Translations under genes and position numbers: made by a program | Assembly (NCBI GenBank): GCA_017509245.1 | Contig: JAFWQC010000009.1 | Span: 18,460-82,459, forward strand | Length of the DNA stretch: 64,000 bases | DNA from: Clostridiales bacterium | GTDB lineage: Bacteria > Bacillota > Clostridia > Saccharofermentanales > Saccharofermentanaceae | Reading direction: 5' to 3' | Notes under the pieces: generated by a model | Databases searched by the model: none | The model's input: only the letters and a program-made list of their open reading frames with translations | Told to the model about the DNA's origin: nothing | Part shown: piece by piece, positions 39,803 through 49,227 of the stretch | Layout: each line of letters starts with the position of its first letter | How positions within the stretch are numbered: the first letter of the stretch is position 1

Positions 39803-40755
39803 TAAAAGATTATCTCAAATCCCGCCTTAAGGTCATCATCCTGCTCATGACGGCAGTCCTGATCTTCGCGTCCTCATATCTGCTGTTTGATATGCCTGTT
39901 GTAACAGTGTTATATCCGGTAATTTTATGCTTTGCATTCCTTCTGTTAATAGGAATAATAGATTTTCTTATTACTCTGGGCAAGCATAAGCAGCTTCAGA
40001 TGCGTGAGATGCCTGCCCCTTCCGGAATTCTCGAAAAGGATTACCAGAAGATAATCCTTAAACTCAAGGAAGAAGAGGAATTATCCCGCAAGAAGGCCAA
40101 TGAGGACTTTAACAACATGGTGGAATACTATACCGTGTGGGCACATCAGATAAAGACTCCGATTGCTTCCATGCGCCTGCAGCTCCAGTCTGAGGATACG
40201 GATGTTGCAAGACGCCTTAACGGCGACCTTAACAGGATAGAGGAATATGTCGGGATGGTCCTTACTTTCTTAAGGCTGGATTCCGACAGCACGGATTATG
40301 TGATCAAAGAGATCGATCTTGATAAAGTAATTAAACCCGTAATAAGAAAATTCGCGCGCGACTTTATATCCAAAAAACTCTCGATGGATTATGAAACTTT
40401 GGAAACAAAAGTCTTATCTGACGAGAAATGGCTGTCATTCGTGATCGAGCAGGTCATCTCCAATGCCGTCAAATATACGAAGACCGGCGGGATCCGTATT
40501 TACATGAAAGAAGCCGGGATACTGTGCATAGAAGACACGGGCATCGGAATAAGTGCTGAGGATCTGCCGAGAGTTTTCGAGAACGGGTATACGGGCTTTA
40601 ACGGACGCGAGGACAAGCGTGCGAGCGGGATAGGGTTATATCTCTGCAAACGTGTCTGTGACAATCTGGGACATAAGATCTCTGCTGAATCCGCGCAGGG
40701 TGTGGGGACTAAGATAATGATAGATCTTAATCAGCATCAACTCGGAATCGAGTAA
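39799..40755 (+). CDS. Intramembrane-sensing histidine kinase (BceS/GraS-like)
   Basis: Two adjacent TMs with a tiny loop; WAHQIKTP, SDEKWL, SNAVKY and SGIGLYL motifs. Confidence 0.93.
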   Translation: MIKDYLKSRLKVIILLMTAVLIFASSYLLFDMPVVTVLYPVILCFAFLLLIGIIDFLITLGKHKQLQMREMPAPSGILEKDYQKIILKLKEEEELSRKKANEDFNNMVEYYTVWAHQIKTPIASMRLQLQSEDTDVARRLNGDLNRIEEYVGMVLTFLRLDSDSTDYVIKEIDLDKVIKPVIRKFARDFISKKLSMDYETLETKVLSDEKWLSFVIEQVISNAVKYTKTGGIRIYMKEAGILCIEDTGIGISAEDLPRVFENGYTGFNGREDKRASGIGLYLCKRVCDNLGHKISAESAQGVGTKIMIDLNQHQLGIE

Positions 40756-40758
40756 TTG

Positions 40759-40772
40759 TGACAGACTTGTTA
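40759..40772 (+). promoter_or_regulatory. Putative BceR-type binding site upstream of the ABC transporter
   Basis: TGACA-GACT-TGTTA resembles the TnACA-N4-TGTAA consensus of Bce-like systems. Confidence 0.5.
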
Positions 40773-40855
40773 GATTTGCGTAAGCACTTCTTAAGGAATG
40801 AAAACTCATTGAATACTAAACTCAAGCTATCCAAAATACGAAAGGGAGTTTAGTT

Positions 40856-41617
40856 ATGAGTTTGCTTGAAGCAAGAAATATCAGAAAAGTATATAAGACA
40901 CGTTTTGGCGGTGCCTCTGTCGAAGCGCTGAAGAATGTAAGCTTCACCGTCGAAAAGGGTGAATATGTTGCGATCATGGGCGAGTCGGGATCAGGAAAGA
41001 CAACGCTCCTTAACATCATCGCAGCACTCGATAAGGCTACTGAAGGTACTGTCATCCTCGACGGCATGGATCTTACCAAAGTTAAGGACAAGGATGTTGC
41101 AAAGTTCAGAAGAGACAATCTGGGATACGTGTTCCAGGATTTCAACCTTCTTGATACATTCTCTCTGGAAGATAATATCTACCTCCCTCTGGTGCTCGCA
41201 GGCAAGAAGCATGCCGAGATGAAGCAGAGGCTTGACGGGATTGCGGGAACTTTGGGCATCGCAGAACTCCTGAAGAAGTATCCTTATGAGGTTTCCGGCG
41301 GTCAGAAGCAGAGAGCGGCAGTTGCAAGAGCCCTCATCACAAATCCCCGTATGATCCTGGCAGACGAGCCTACCGGTGCGTTGGATTCAAAGTCTTCCGA
41401 CGAGCTTCTCGCTCTCTTTAAGAAGGTCAACCAGATGGGTCAGACAGTTCTTATGGTTACACACTCAACAAAGGCGGCATCCAATGCCTCCAGAGTGCTC
41501 TTCATCAAGGACGGAACGATCTTCCATCAGATCTATAAGGGACAGGCTACCGACCAGCAGATGTACCAGTCCATCAGTGACACGCTGACGCTTCTTGCTC
41601 GGGGAGGTGACCAGTAA
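40856..41617 (+). CDS. BceA-like ABC ATP-binding protein
   Basis: GESGSGKTT, VSGGQKQR and ADEPTGALDSKS motifs. Confidence 0.93.
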   Translation: MSLLEARNIRKVYKTRFGGASVEALKNVSFTVEKGEYVAIMGESGSGKTTLLNIIAALDKATEGTVILDGMDLTKVKDKDVAKFRRDNLGYVFQDFNLLDTFSLEDNIYLPLVLAGKKHAEMKQRLDGIAGTLGIAELLKKYPYEVSGGQKQRAAVARALITNPRMILADEPTGALDSKSSDELLALFKKVNQMGQTVLMVTHSTKAASNASRVLFIKDGTIFHQIYKGQATDQQMYQSISDTLTLLARGGDQ

Positions 41618-43647
41618 TGAAGGCCGGTTTCTATCCGAAGATGGCCGTCAGCGGAATGCGTAAGAACGGCAGGCTTTATATGCCGTATCTTATCACCTGC
41701 ATCCTGATGGTCGCAGTTTTTTACATAGTTCATTTCCTCGCTTTCTCTGACGTAATGGACGGAATGATGGGCGTAACAACCGCAAGGCAAATGTTGGGAT
41801 TCGGAGTTTTTGTCATCGCGATCTTCGCTGCGATATTCCTTTTCTATACACAGTCGACGCTTATCAAGGGACGCAAGAAAGAGTTTGGTCTTTACAGTAT
41901 TCTCGGCATGAACAAGCGCAATATCGGCAAGATCTTATTCTGGGAATCAGTGGTCAACTGGGCAGTATCTCTGGGTCTCGGCCTTCTTGCAGGTATCGGT
42001 CTTTCCAAGCTTGCGGAATTGGGGTTTACCAAGATGATCGAAGCAAAGACGGATTACAGCTTTAAAGTATCCGGCGGTTCCATCGTTGCATCTGTCATAC
42101 TATTCTCGGCCATATTCTTCCTGATCTACTTAAATTCCGTAAGACAGATCAGATTCGCTAATGCAACACAGCTTATCACGACCGAAAAGGCAGGCGAGAA
42201 GCCCCCGAAGTCAAACTGGGTACTCGGCATCATCGGACTTCTTTCAATGGGTGCAGGATATTTCATCGCTATTAAGATCAAGGAACCTATATCAGCACTT
42301 ACACTGTTCTTTGTTGCGGTAATCCTGGTTATAATCGGCACATACTTCCTGCTCATTGCAGGCTCTGTGATCTTTTGCAGACTGCTTCAGAAGAATAAGG
42401 GCTATTATTATAAGACAAACCATTTCGTTTCCGTATCTTCAATGGCATACAGAATGAAGAGGAACGGCGCGGGACTTGCATCCATCTGCATCCTTATCAC
42501 TATGGTTCTTGTAACCCTCTCATCAACATCGGCTCTCTATGCAGGTAAGGAGCAGACGCTTAAGGCACATTGTCCGCAGGAGATCGATGCATACATGAGC
42601 AACACCGGCTTCAATGAAGAGCTTCCTGAACAGACTGAAAGAATGAGTGGGATCATCAGGAATACCGCTGAAGAGAGCGGCGCTGAGATGAAGAACATCC
42701 GCAGTTATTCAAATTATTCCATAAGCGGTTATCTCGATAATGATGTGCTTGAGACAGACATAAATATGGTAAACGGATTTCAGCTTATCGACTACGATAA
42801 GATCGTGTCACTCGAGATATTTGATGTCGATGAGTTTAACCGGGAATTCGGGTTCAATGAGAAGGTCGAACCCGGAAAGATGCTCGTAGGCACGGCAAAG
42901 AACATTCACATAGGAGATGAACTGACTATCGGGGGTCATACGTTTGAGATCAGCGGAAGAATTGATGACAAGATCTCCGCCATCGATCCGTCGGCTGCCG
43001 GTTCGCCGATCATAATACTCTTCGTTGTAGTTGATGATGTTCAGTCGCTCGCACGTGAGTTTGAAGGTCTTCCGGGCAACGAAAACGGCAAAATGGTTTC
43101 CTGGTCATGGTATATGCAGTTCGATTCGGGACTTGATTCTGACGGCCAGATCGCTCTTGCAGACAAGATAAACACCGCTATGACGGATGAGCTTCAGGGC
43201 AAGGGATTCACCATCTATTATTGTGAAAGCAGGGAAGCGGAAAGAGATGATTTTGTAAGCACATTCGGCGGTCTTTTCTTCCTCGGCATCCTCTTAAGCC
43301 TCATATTCCTCGTATCCTGTGTAGTCATCATCTACTACAAGCAGATCTCGGAGGGTCTTGAGGACCAGTCAAGATTCGGCATCATGCAGAAGGTCGGAAT
43401 GACCGGCAAGGAGATCAAGAAGAGTATCAACTCACAGATGATCACTGTATTCATGATCCCTGTCATCGTTGCAGGCATCCATCTGCTGGTAGTTCTTCCT
43501 GTCGTAGACAAGCTCCTTACGCTTTTCGGACTTTTCAATATGAACCTGCTTCTCGTATGTGCGGGAATCTGTGTGGTCATCTGCGGAGTATTCTATGCGG
43601 TGATCTACAAAGTAACCTCTAACGCATACTACAAGATAGTCTCTTAA
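41617..43647 (+). CDS. BceB-like (FtsX-type) antimicrobial peptide resistance permease
   Basis: RKKEFGLYSILGM and IYYKQISEG motifs; large extracellular loop. Confidence 0.92.
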   Translation: MKAGFYPKMAVSGMRKNGRLYMPYLITCILMVAVFYIVHFLAFSDVMDGMMGVTTARQMLGFGVFVIAIFAAIFLFYTQSTLIKGRKKEFGLYSILGMNKRNIGKILFWESVVNWAVSLGLGLLAGIGLSKLAELGFTKMIEAKTDYSFKVSGGSIVASVILFSAIFFLIYLNSVRQIRFANATQLITTEKAGEKPPKSNWVLGIIGLLSMGAGYFIAIKIKEPISALTLFFVAVILVIIGTYFLLIAGSVIFCRLLQKNKGYYYKTNHFVSVSSMAYRMKRNGAGLASICILITMVLVTLSSTSALYAGKEQTLKAHCPQEIDAYMSNTGFNEELPEQTERMSGIIRNTAEESGAEMKNIRSYSNYSISGYLDNDVLETDINMVNGFQLIDYDKIVSLEIFDVDEFNREFGFNEKVEPGKMLVGTAKNIHIGDELTIGGHTFEISGRIDDKISAIDPSAAGSPIIILFVVVDDVQSLAREFEGLPGNENGKMVSWSWYMQFDSGLDSDGQIALADKINTAMTDELQGKGFTIYYCESREAERDDFVSTFGGLFFLGILLSLIFLVSCVVIIYYKQISEGLEDQSRFGIMQKVGMTGKEIKKSINSQMITVFMIPVIVAGIHLLVVLPVVDKLLTLFGLFNMNLLLVCAGICVVICGVFYAVIYKVTSNAYYKIVS

Positions 43648-43663
43648 GAGTTTCCATATATTA

Positions 43664-43701
43664 AGAAACGGAGTGGTGAGTTCTCACTGCTCCGTTTTCT
43701 T
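43664..43701. terminator. Bidirectional terminator-like hairpin
   Basis: AAACGGAG(T)GGTGAG...CTCACTGCTCCGTTT between convergent genes. Confidence 0.65.
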
Positions 43702-45141
43702 TTGCATTTTCACACAATCGAAATTACCGCTCTTTACCACATCGTCATCTGTGTGCTGATAGCCGAGCTTCTCATAGAAATCTATTGCTTCCAGCCTGCT
43801 GTCTATCAGGATGTTGCCGTAACCCAGCTCTTTTATCCATTTCTCGGCTTCGGTGACGACGCGGCTGCCGAGTCCCTTGCCGCGGTACTCAGGAAGGACC
43901 ACGACACGGCCTAAAGTCACGCTGTCTTTATCTGTTTCGTAGAAGCGGCATGTCGCAACGGGATAACCGTCATCAAGTATGACGATATATTTTGTTCCGT
44001 CGCAGTCATGCTCATCGAATTCCTCTCTGAGCGTTATGTGATGCTGACGGTTCATTCCCTCGATACGCACCGAGTACGCACCGGCTCTCTGCCATTCGTG
44101 TTCTGCTCTTAATACTCCCATGCGTGAATTAATTGTTCTTTCCACCGATTTTTCTTCTGACTGGCCCGTATAAACTTCAAGTGCCTGTGAGTAGTAATTC
44201 CTGAGTCTTGATCTGAGTTTTCCGGGCTTCAATACGACAGCATCTTTTCCGAATCTTCGAAAATAATCATCAAGCTGAACCTCCGGCCAATCGAAGACAT
44301 AGACATCACCGTCTATCTTCGTAACCTGCGGTCTGTTCTTGACTATCAGCCTGTATTTCCTTTTTCCTGCCTCGTTAAGACGTATGAGAGCATGGATGTC
44401 AGGGGCAGCGGTGTGAGGACTTCTTGCAGCTATCGCACGGAGCCTCTCATAGAACTTCCCGTCAGTCTTAAAAGTGTCTGAAGTTACAAAAGGAGTCCTT
44501 ATTCTTGAGATCCTGAATGTTCTTGATTTTTTAGTCTTAACATCGCGGCACAGGAGATAGTTGCACTGCTCTTCCTTGGAAGGTGCGATTATGTAAGGTT
44601 CGACCGTGAAGTTGAATTCGTTGCTCGTGGATGAGAGCGACAGACGTTTATGTTCTGCTATGGCTCTTCTGATATCCGCGTAGACATCCTTGAAGATGAT
44701 CTCTTCGCGCCTGCTTCTGGGAATTGAGAGATAAGACGTGAACATATCCTTCATGTAGCCGGACAAAGACTTATCCTGAAGAAGGTTATTCTCTATGGTC
44801 TTTATGATGTTGTAAGAAGGACCGCTTACGGTAAGTGTTATAACGGCTTTGCCTCCTGTAGAAGATGATTCACCCCTTATGTAAGTGCTGATTATCTTAT
44901 CTGCGAGGGCAGCGGCATCCTTGCGCTTAATGGATCTGACGGATGCTATATCGTCAATGATTCCGCTTAAGAGTTCTTCCGAGTCCTTTCTGTACTGATC
45001 GAAGTAGTTTACGATAAGTTCCTTTAAGAAACCGTTGAGGTTTACGGAAGCATCACTCCTTGTGAATTCAAAGAGTTCTGCATCGTTTATAAGCCTTGTT
45101 CTTATGTCCTCTGAAAGGTAGATCTTATATTTCTCAGTCAT
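43684..45141 (-). CDS. WYL-domain (plus WCX-like) transcriptional regulator fused to a C-terminal GNAT domain
   Basis: RAI...VEPYII...NYLLC...RTFRISRI (WYL); FGKDAVVLKP (WCX-like); GRVVVLPEYRGKGLG...FYEKLGY (GNAT). Confidence 0.82.
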   Translation of the reverse strand: MTEKYKIYLSEDIRTRLINDAELFEFTRSDASVNLNGFLKELIVNYFDQYRKDSEELLSGIIDDIASVRSIKRKDAAALADKIISTYIRGESSSTGGKAVITLTVSGPSYNIIKTIENNLLQDKSLSGYMKDMFTSYLSIPRSRREEIIFKDVYADIRRAIAEHKRLSLSSTSNEFNFTVEPYIIAPSKEEQCNYLLCRDVKTKKSRTFRISRIRTPFVTSDTFKTDGKFYERLRAIAARSPHTAAPDIHALIRLNEAGKRKYRLIVKNRPQVTKIDGDVYVFDWPEVQLDDYFRRFGKDAVVLKPGKLRSRLRNYYSQALEVYTGQSEEKSVERTINSRMGVLRAEHEWQRAGAYSVRIEGMNRQHHITLREEFDEHDCDGTKYIVILDDGYPVATCRFYETDKDSVTLGRVVVLPEYRGKGLGSRVVTEAEKWIKELGYGNILIDSRLEAIDFYEKLGYQHTDDDVVKSGNFDCVKMQKKTEQ

Positions 45142-45265
45142 TAGATAACTCCTGTTTGGGGTCGTGATTTTCGATGAATATAACGTAATTATACAATAAA
45201 TCCTGATAAAAGTGGGGTTATAAATTGAAATGATTCTGCATCTTTAAGAACCCAACCGGCAGGGC

Positions 45266-45271
45266 TATCAT
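45266..45271 (+). promoter_or_regulatory. Putative -10 element for the ncRNA-DUF2828-rtcB transcript
   Basis: TATCAT 17 nt upstream of element 1; only a weak -35 (TTTAAG). Confidence 0.4.
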
Positions 45272-45287
45272 AAGGCTGTAACGTGAT

Positions 45288-45368
45288 AAGACACTTACAG
45301 CAAATATTCAGGCGGTCTCTGCGGGGGTTCGAATCCCCCCTTTGAAAGAACCCTTCGGGGAGTGTCTT
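45288..45368 (+). ncRNA. Candidate Y-RNA-like/tRNA-mimic RNA 1
   Basis: 8-bp terminal stem AAGACACT/AGTGTCTT, TACAGCAA motif, T-arm GGGGG-TTCGAAT-CCCCC and CCC-TTCG-GGG tetraloop hairpin. Confidence 0.65.
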
Positions 45369-45388
45369 GGAAATATGTTACGGAAATA

Positions 45389-45450
45389 AAGGTGCATACA
45401 GCAAGTAGCCTCGTTCAGTAATCCCCGGGGTGGAGCCCGGGGGGCACCTT
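45389..45450 (+). ncRNA. Candidate Y-RNA-like RNA 2
   Basis: 7-bp terminal stem AAGGTGC/GCACCTT, the same TACAGCAA motif, and an internal CCCCGGG-GTGGAG-CCCGGGG hairpin. Confidence 0.6.
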
Positions 45451-45471
45451 GTAAAAAAGGAGATAATGAAA

Positions 45472-46932
45472 ATGTTGAAATTTTTGAAGAAGGAAGCTAA
45501 TCAGACATTCACTGAGAACGGTGCTGTCACATTCATGAGCACAGAGTCTTTCTGCCTTGATCTTTTCGCTACGGCAGGCGCACTCCGCCAGGCTTCAGAC
45601 GAAGAGATCATCAGCAGATTCATCAAGGCATTTGCAGAAGACAGGGACCTTGCCGTTAAGACACTCTTCTTTGCAAGAGATATCAGAGGCGGTCTGGGTG
45701 AGAGAAGATTCTTTAAGGTTATCCTGAAGTATCTTGCAGAAGCAGAACCTGAAACGGTTATAAAGAATATCGCTAACATTGCCGAATACGGCAGATATGA
45801 CGACATTCTTGTACTTATAGGCACACCTTGTGAGCAGGCTGCGCTGGAATACATCAGATCCACGCTTGCCGGCGATATACAGGCACTTAATGCCGGCGGC
45901 GAAGTGTCCCTGCTCGCAAAGTGGCTCCCTTCCGTAAATGCTTCAAGCGAAGCAACGGTAAGAACTGCAAGAAAGATTGCAAAAGTCATTGGCATGTCCG
46001 AAGCCGAGTACAGAAAGACATTGTCTTCCTTAAGAGCTCAGATAAAGATTATCGAGAACAACTTAAGGGAAAAGGACTACACTTTCGAGTATGAGAAGCA
46101 GCCTTCAAAGGCGCTCTACAAATACAGAAGAGCCTTCATAAGAAACGATATCGAAAGATACTGCAAGTTCATGGACAGGGCTTCAGCAGATCCGTCCTTA
46201 CTGAACACCGGCACACTTACACCTTACGATGTCATCGCACCTGTAATCAGGCGTGCCGACATAAGCAAACAGGAGAGAAAGTCCATGAACGTTACATGGA
46301 ATGCTTTGGAGGACTTCACGGGTTCTGACAACGCTCTTGCCGTTGTAGACGGTTCCGGTTCAATGTATTTTCTCGGCGAACCCTGCGCTGCAGCAGTTGC
46401 GCAGTCTCTGGGTATCTACTTTGCAGAGCACAACAAGGGTGCATTTAAAAACCACTTCATAACTTTCTCCACCAATCCCAGACTGGTCGAGATAAGGGGC
46501 AGAGATATTGTCGAGAAGGTCAGATACTGCATGAGCTTTAACGAAGCAAGCAATACTGATATCGGAAAGGTTTTCGAGCTCATCCTGAAAACTGCAGTAA
46601 AGAACAGACTGAAGCAGAAGGATATGCCTGAGAAGATATACATCATATCCGACATGGAGTTTGACTACTGCGCTGCTAACGCAGACGAAACAAACTTCGA
46701 GCATGCGAAGAAAAGATTTGCATTATACGGCTACAGACTGCCTCAGATAATCTTCTGGAACGTCAGAAGCCGCAATGCTCAGCAGCCCGTCAAAATGAAT
46801 GAACAGGGCGCAGCGCTCGTATCAGGCTGCAGTCCTCAGATCTTCAAGATGCTAAAGGAAGGCAATCTTGAGCCCTACAGGTTCATGATGAGCGTTCTTA
46901 AGTCTGAAAGATATGAGAATATCGCTGCTTAA
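45472..46932 (+). CDS. DUF2828 family protein (TROVE/Ro60-like helical domain + vWA/MIDAS domain)
   Basis: TENGA, ARDIRGGLGER, LLAKWLPS, MIDAS VDGSGSM, FITFS, ISDMEFD and IIFWNV motifs; AAGGAG RBS. Confidence 0.85.
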   Translation: MLKFLKKEANQTFTENGAVTFMSTESFCLDLFATAGALRQASDEEIISRFIKAFAEDRDLAVKTLFFARDIRGGLGERRFFKVILKYLAEAEPETVIKNIANIAEYGRYDDILVLIGTPCEQAALEYIRSTLAGDIQALNAGGEVSLLAKWLPSVNASSEATVRTARKIAKVIGMSEAEYRKTLSSLRAQIKIIENNLREKDYTFEYEKQPSKALYKYRRAFIRNDIERYCKFMDRASADPSLLNTGTLTPYDVIAPVIRRADISKQERKSMNVTWNALEDFTGSDNALAVVDGSGSMYFLGEPCAAAVAQSLGIYFAEHNKGAFKNHFITFSTNPRLVEIRGRDIVEKVRYCMSFNEASNTDIGKVFELILKTAVKNRLKQKDMPEKIYIISDMEFDYCAANADETNFEHAKKRFALYGYRLPQIIFWNVRSRNAQQPVKMNEQGAALVSGCSPQIFKMLKEGNLEPYRFMMSVLKSERYENIAA

Positions 46933-46995
46933 GAAATCCAGGTCCCCGGTGCAATATAATCAAAGCCGGGGACTTTTTTAAGAAAGGAAAAGACT

Positions 46996-48210
46996 ATGGA
47001 ATATATAGAAATACAGGGAAAGGTCAACACTGCCATCTGCTATGCGAAGGTGGTTGAAGAAGAGGCCATAGAACAGATCAGACGTATGTGTGACTATCCT
47101 ATGACTGAGGGCTCGAAAATACGTATCATGCCTGACGTTCACTCCGGTAAGGGCTGCACGATAGGAACAACAATGACCATCACTGACAAGGCTGTTCCCA
47201 ACGTCGTAGGTGTCGATATCGGCTGCGGTATGTACACGGTTGATCTCGGCAAGGGTGACATCGATCTCATGCTGCTCGATGCAACAGCGCATTTTATTCC
47301 TTCCGGCATGAATGTATGGGAAGGAAGACAGGAGAGATTTGACTTGACGGGTCTTAAGTGTTTCAGGGAACTCAAGGATACAAGAAGACTTGAAAGATCC
47401 TTAGGTACGTTAGGAGGCGGAAACCACTTCATAGAAGTCGATGTTTCTTCCGACGGAACAAAGTATCTTGTAATTCACTCCGGATCGAGAAACCTCGGAA
47501 AGCAGGTTGCCGAATATTACCAGAAGCTCGCAATAAACCTCAACAGAGGTTATGGTGATTATCTTGAGAAAAGAGATGAGATCATAAGAACCTACAAGGA
47601 GCAGGGAAGACAGGAAGAGATCCAGGAAGCATTAAAGCAGCTTCACTGGAAGGTTTTCGGAGGCGAGACAAGCATACCCGAAGATCTCTGTTACTTAACA
47701 GGTAAGTATCTTGAAGATTATCTCCGCGATGTTGAGATCTGCCAGGCATTCGCTAAGCGCAGCCGTGAGAAGATGGCTGAGATCCTTATTGAAAAGACAG
47801 GACTTTCGGCAGGTGATTCCTTCCACACTATCCATAACTACATCGATACTGATGAGATGATCTTAAGAAAGGGTTCGATCGCTGCTCACGAGGGGGAGAA
47901 GGTCCTTATCCCGATCAACATGAGAGACGGTTCCGTCCTTGCAATAGGAAAGGGCAACCCTGAATGGAACTATTCCGCGCCTCACGGTGCCGGACGCATC
48001 ATGTCCAGAACAAAGGCTAAGAACACTCTTTCTATGGACGATTACAGGGAAGCGATGAAGGATGTCTTCACTACATCAGTAAACAGTCAGACATTGGATG
48101 AGGCTCCGATGGCTTATAAGTCACTGGACGACATCATCGATGTTATCTCGGAATCCGTTGACGTAATCGAGGTTTTGAAGCCCATATATAACTTCAAGGC
48201 TTCAGAGTGA
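46996..48210 (+). CDS. rtcB: RtcB family RNA ligase
   Basis: MPDVH, GVDIGCG, GGGNHFIE, HSGSR, HNY, HGAGR and DEAPMAYK motifs. Confidence 0.96.
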   Translation: MEYIEIQGKVNTAICYAKVVEEEAIEQIRRMCDYPMTEGSKIRIMPDVHSGKGCTIGTTMTITDKAVPNVVGVDIGCGMYTVDLGKGDIDLMLLDATAHFIPSGMNVWEGRQERFDLTGLKCFRELKDTRRLERSLGTLGGGNHFIEVDVSSDGTKYLVIHSGSRNLGKQVAEYYQKLAINLNRGYGDYLEKRDEIIRTYKEQGRQEEIQEALKQLHWKVFGGETSIPEDLCYLTGKYLEDYLRDVEICQAFAKRSREKMAEILIEKTGLSAGDSFHTIHNYIDTDEMILRKGSIAAHEGEKVLIPINMRDGSVLAIGKGNPEWNYSAPHGAGRIMSRTKAKNTLSMDDYREAMKDVFTTSVNSQTLDEAPMAYKSLDDIIDVISESVDVIEVLKPIYNFKASE

Positions 48211-48247
48211 TCTTTCTGATTGCGGTCTAGTGTTATACTGGATTCTG

Positions 48248-49048
48248 ATGAATGAAGTTAACAAGACACTTTATATACCTCTTTACGGCAAGTCGTTTGT
48301 GAGCCGGCAGGGAATAATACTGCAGGATACAAAGGCCGAAGAGATATGGAATAAGGAAGGCTTTGAGCTTAAGGGTAAGTCGAAGTCCAAGTGGCTTGCC
48401 TATAACATGGCAATGCGCGCGAAGGTTTTCGATGACTGGACGGAATCAATGACCGCCCAAAACCCTGAAGCCATAGTCATCCATATCGGCTGCGGACTAG
48501 ACAGCAGGTGTTTCAGGGTAAAGCGCAACTATAAGCTCTGGCTCGACTGTGATTTACCTGACGTCATTACTGTCCGGAAACAATACTTCAAAGAAACGCC
48601 CAATTACCATATGGCAGAACTCGATGCCACGGACACTGATGCGGTAAAGGGTCTCCCTGATGCTGATGCCGCCGTGATCGTTCTTGAAGGCATCTCGATG
48701 TATCTTGCCAATGGTGAGTTAAAGGCACTTCTCAGGACTCTGAAGGACAAATACCCGAAGCTCAATGTTCTGATGGATGTCTATACGGAGTTCGGAGCAA
48801 AAGCCACCAAATACAAGAATCCCATAAACGACGTCGGTGTCACTGAGGTTCATGGCGTGGATGATATTGGTAAATTGCTTGAAGGCACAGGTGTTAGGGT
48901 GGTCAAAGAACACTCTTTTACACCGGATCATCTCGTAAGCCGGTTAAAGAATTCCGAACGCCGTTTCTTCAAGCTGATGTTCAGGGAAAAAACATACAGC
49001 AGGATGTACCGGTTATACGAATTGGAAGGTGTGCGGCCTCAGGAGTAA
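48248..49048 (+). CDS. Class I SAM-dependent methyltransferase (LCM/TcmP-like)
   Basis: TLYIPLYG, HIGCGLDSR, DLPDV and EGISMY motifs. Confidence 0.88.
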   Translation: MNEVNKTLYIPLYGKSFVSRQGIILQDTKAEEIWNKEGFELKGKSKSKWLAYNMAMRAKVFDDWTESMTAQNPEAIVIHIGCGLDSRCFRVKRNYKLWLDCDLPDVITVRKQYFKETPNYHMAELDATDTDAVKGLPDADAAVIVLEGISMYLANGELKALLRTLKDKYPKLNVLMDVYTEFGAKATKYKNPINDVGVTEVHGVDDIGKLLEGTGVRVVKEHSFTPDHLVSRLKNSERRFFKLMFREKTYSRMYRLYELEGVRPQE

Positions 49049-49227
49049 ACGGATAAGGGAGACAACGCATGGAATTGTTAAAAGGAAGCATTTGATCAGG
49101 CTTTTTCGTGTCCCGGCACTTTTTTAGACAAAATTCTAAAATATGTGAGTAAACCCGGATTTTAGTGCAATAAAATAATGTGCAGAAGGAAGTTGGATAA
49201 TAATTGCTTTTTCCCGAGGGGCTTATT

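Noticed and set aside
45311-45345. tRNA gene
   Set aside because: Only a T-arm is present, with no acceptor stem, D-arm, anticodon arm or CCA; treated as part of the ncRNA candidate instead
45430-45471. GTG-initiated N-terminal extension of DUF2828 given in the ORF track
   Set aside because: It overlaps the structured element 2; the AAGGAG RBS supports ATG 45472 (or 45466)
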